8,844 nt of DNA from the NCBI GenBank assembly GCA_001600695.1, contig BCKQ01000001.1, positions 1,579,012 to 1,587,855 on the forward strand. Reading direction: 5' to 3'. Of the stretch, positions 8,301 through 8,844 are shown one piece after another; the first letter of the stretch is position 1, and every line of letters begins with the position of its first letter. The notes beneath the pieces are model-generated. The model saw only the letters and a program-made list of their open reading frames with translations, did not search any database and was not told the DNA's origin. Both the position numbers and the translations under genes were made by a program. The DNA is from Ascoidea asiatica JCM 7603 (lineage: Eukaryota; Fungi; Ascomycota).

Positions 8301-8843
8301 CTGTTGTAAATTATTTAAACTACTTTTACTATTTCTATTATTTAAAGAAGATAAAGAATTCATTGAAGTTAAATTGTTAGTATTATTTGTAGATTGATTA
8401 ATATTATTTAAAGAAGATTTTGGAGTTATAAATGGAGAATTAAAAGAATTTTGAAAGATGAATTGATTTTGATTTTGATTTTGATTTTGATTTTGTAAAT
8501 TTGAATTTGAGTTTCTATTTGTTATTAAAGGTGGTGGATTGAAGAAATTAGATTGAGAAGAACTTGAAGTTTTTATAGAAGAAGCAGGTCTACTTTCATT
8601 TAAGTTTAAAGGAGAATTTTGTAAAAAATTAAAAGTATTATTTGAATTTAAATTATTTTTTGTTATTGAATTTATATTTATATTACTGTTGCTGTTGTTG
8701 TTATTTGTGATATTGTTTGTACTATTACTTGGAATATTATTTGAAATATTATTCGAAATATTACTTGAACTGTTATTTATATTGCTATTTATATTAATAT
8801 TTGTATTGTTATTATTTGTATTGTTATTGTTATTATTATTATT
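5334..8843 (-). CDS. YAK1: DYRK-family dual-specificity protein kinase Yak1; the true start is probably beyond the right edge (>1170 aa)
   Basis: Kinase domain at about 6926-5871 with GQGTFGQV, VAVKVIK, HCDLKPEN (DYRK-type), DFGSAC, TYIQSRFYRSPE and IDMWSFGC. It is preceded by the Yak1-typical PKYRRAS...ISPL.ALT..L..TY..C.P.F.Y..SKNPKRVLTKPS and a DH-box-like DNENNDYILYVND. The frame has no stop from the listed Met at 8363 to the window end (160 more N/S/Q-rich codons, no Met). Confidence 0.95.
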   Translation of the reverse strand, partial: NNNNNNNNTNNNNTNININSNINNSSSNISNNISNNIPSNSTNNITNNNNSNSNININSITKNNLNSNNTFNFLQNSPLNLNESRPASSIKTSSSSQSNFFNPPPLITNRNSNSNLQNQNQNQNQNQFIFQNSFNSPFITPKSSLNNINQSTNNTNNLTSMNSLSSLNNRNSKSSLNNLQQPPSNKSSNNDLSFIINNPNNQTNNNNFNSPTLEFPVDLPQISNIQNQIPPHFYHSHTQSLSQSQSQSQSQSQSNQNNNHNQNNIHNPNSILNSTSTSTSISHSHSNSNLNSNTIPNNQPNNQPNNQLLFQQIQQLQPLQRSPIKSKPPISTSNPTSNRSSFLKGSQLSTTYENDSIQINAFNNLNNNINNNINNNINRQLIIPPSRAHAPLPYYSDSNIPLLSSERRRQSVAIASSSNINNNNLNNNLNNMNQLSSNSRLFNSNIPSISGISNNFPNFQKSNQFNPSNNSNEFYLNNNNNNINNQTSTSSNSTLINVNMSNIPYQFPYYNKYNNQNLSEYSTTNNQNISIPQLIQNIPAPKVKQINDISDLHPIINRNPKYRRASIGSAHISPLNALTQSLLATYSLCRPEFNYQSSKNPKRVLTKPSKPIFENGCDNENNDYILYVNDILGSQESKKYMVLDVLGQGTFGQVVKCQNLKNKEIVAVKVIKSKQAYYNQSLTEIDILETLNNKIDPYDKFNFLRLKDKFFHKNHLCIVFELLSSNLYELIKLNSYNGLRMDLIKSFSQQLLHSLIILKNHKIIHCDLKPENILLVGGDQPRIKVIDFGSACFERQTVFTYIQSRFYRSPEVILGLPYTTAIDMWSFGCIVAELFLGLPIFPGTSEFNQITRIIEMLGFPPPWMIDMGKNSSNFIEKSRLPASALNQFDQTLFKYKLKPMEKYMEEFNKKEQPSKNYFNSNNLFDIIKNYQPRTLKGHSDNSFSMKDKGPLSLSPEELNDRLNLFHFLKGVLNINPISRWTPQQAIQHPFLTNQPYNEYWVPPGSSSSHNPITSPHLNSPLKASPANKFSTVNSPYNAKSSLLYNDNSITFGNTLQNQTGASGNQFGSPKVTYGNRINNVPLIANASNPAYGSNMVNSHFNLPLYPDNPQYSSNVSNSNSEAYNNQNHNNSRYQNGVNPTQDQQHLPVNTQSQSSSTTNSRHRSYTFGL
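8083..8118 (-). repeat. (GATTGA)6 hexamer encoding an SQ dipeptide run in YAK1
   Basis: Six perfect units. A (TTGATT)5 run encoding QN lies at 8463-8492 in the same frame. Confidence 0.9.
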
Positions 8844-8844
8844 A

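Overview
Very AT-rich eukaryotic DNA, most likely a budding yeast (Saccharomycotina) whose proteins are full of Asn/Gln low-complexity tracts. There are three protein-coding genes with no introns needed. (1) A minus-strand gene missing from the ORF track starts at ATG 1675 and stays open off the left edge (>558 aa). It has two helical segments plus N/Q-rich repeats, and I cannot identify it. (2) COY1, the CASP-family Golgi golgin, lies at 2355-5000 (+). (3) YAK1, a DYRK-family kinase, lies on the minus strand ending at 5334; its frame stays open past the listed Met at 8363 to the right edge (>1170 aa). Gene 1 and COY1 share a divergent intergenic region with a GC-rich, hairpin-dense island. 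COY1 and YAK1 converge on a 333-bp gap that carries a promoter-like motif set pointing antisense into YAK1. The other short ORFs are shadows of codon repeats. I see no mobile element, CRISPR array, rRNA or tRNA, and no clearly novel system. The best leads are the two non-coding regions and the unidentified gene.
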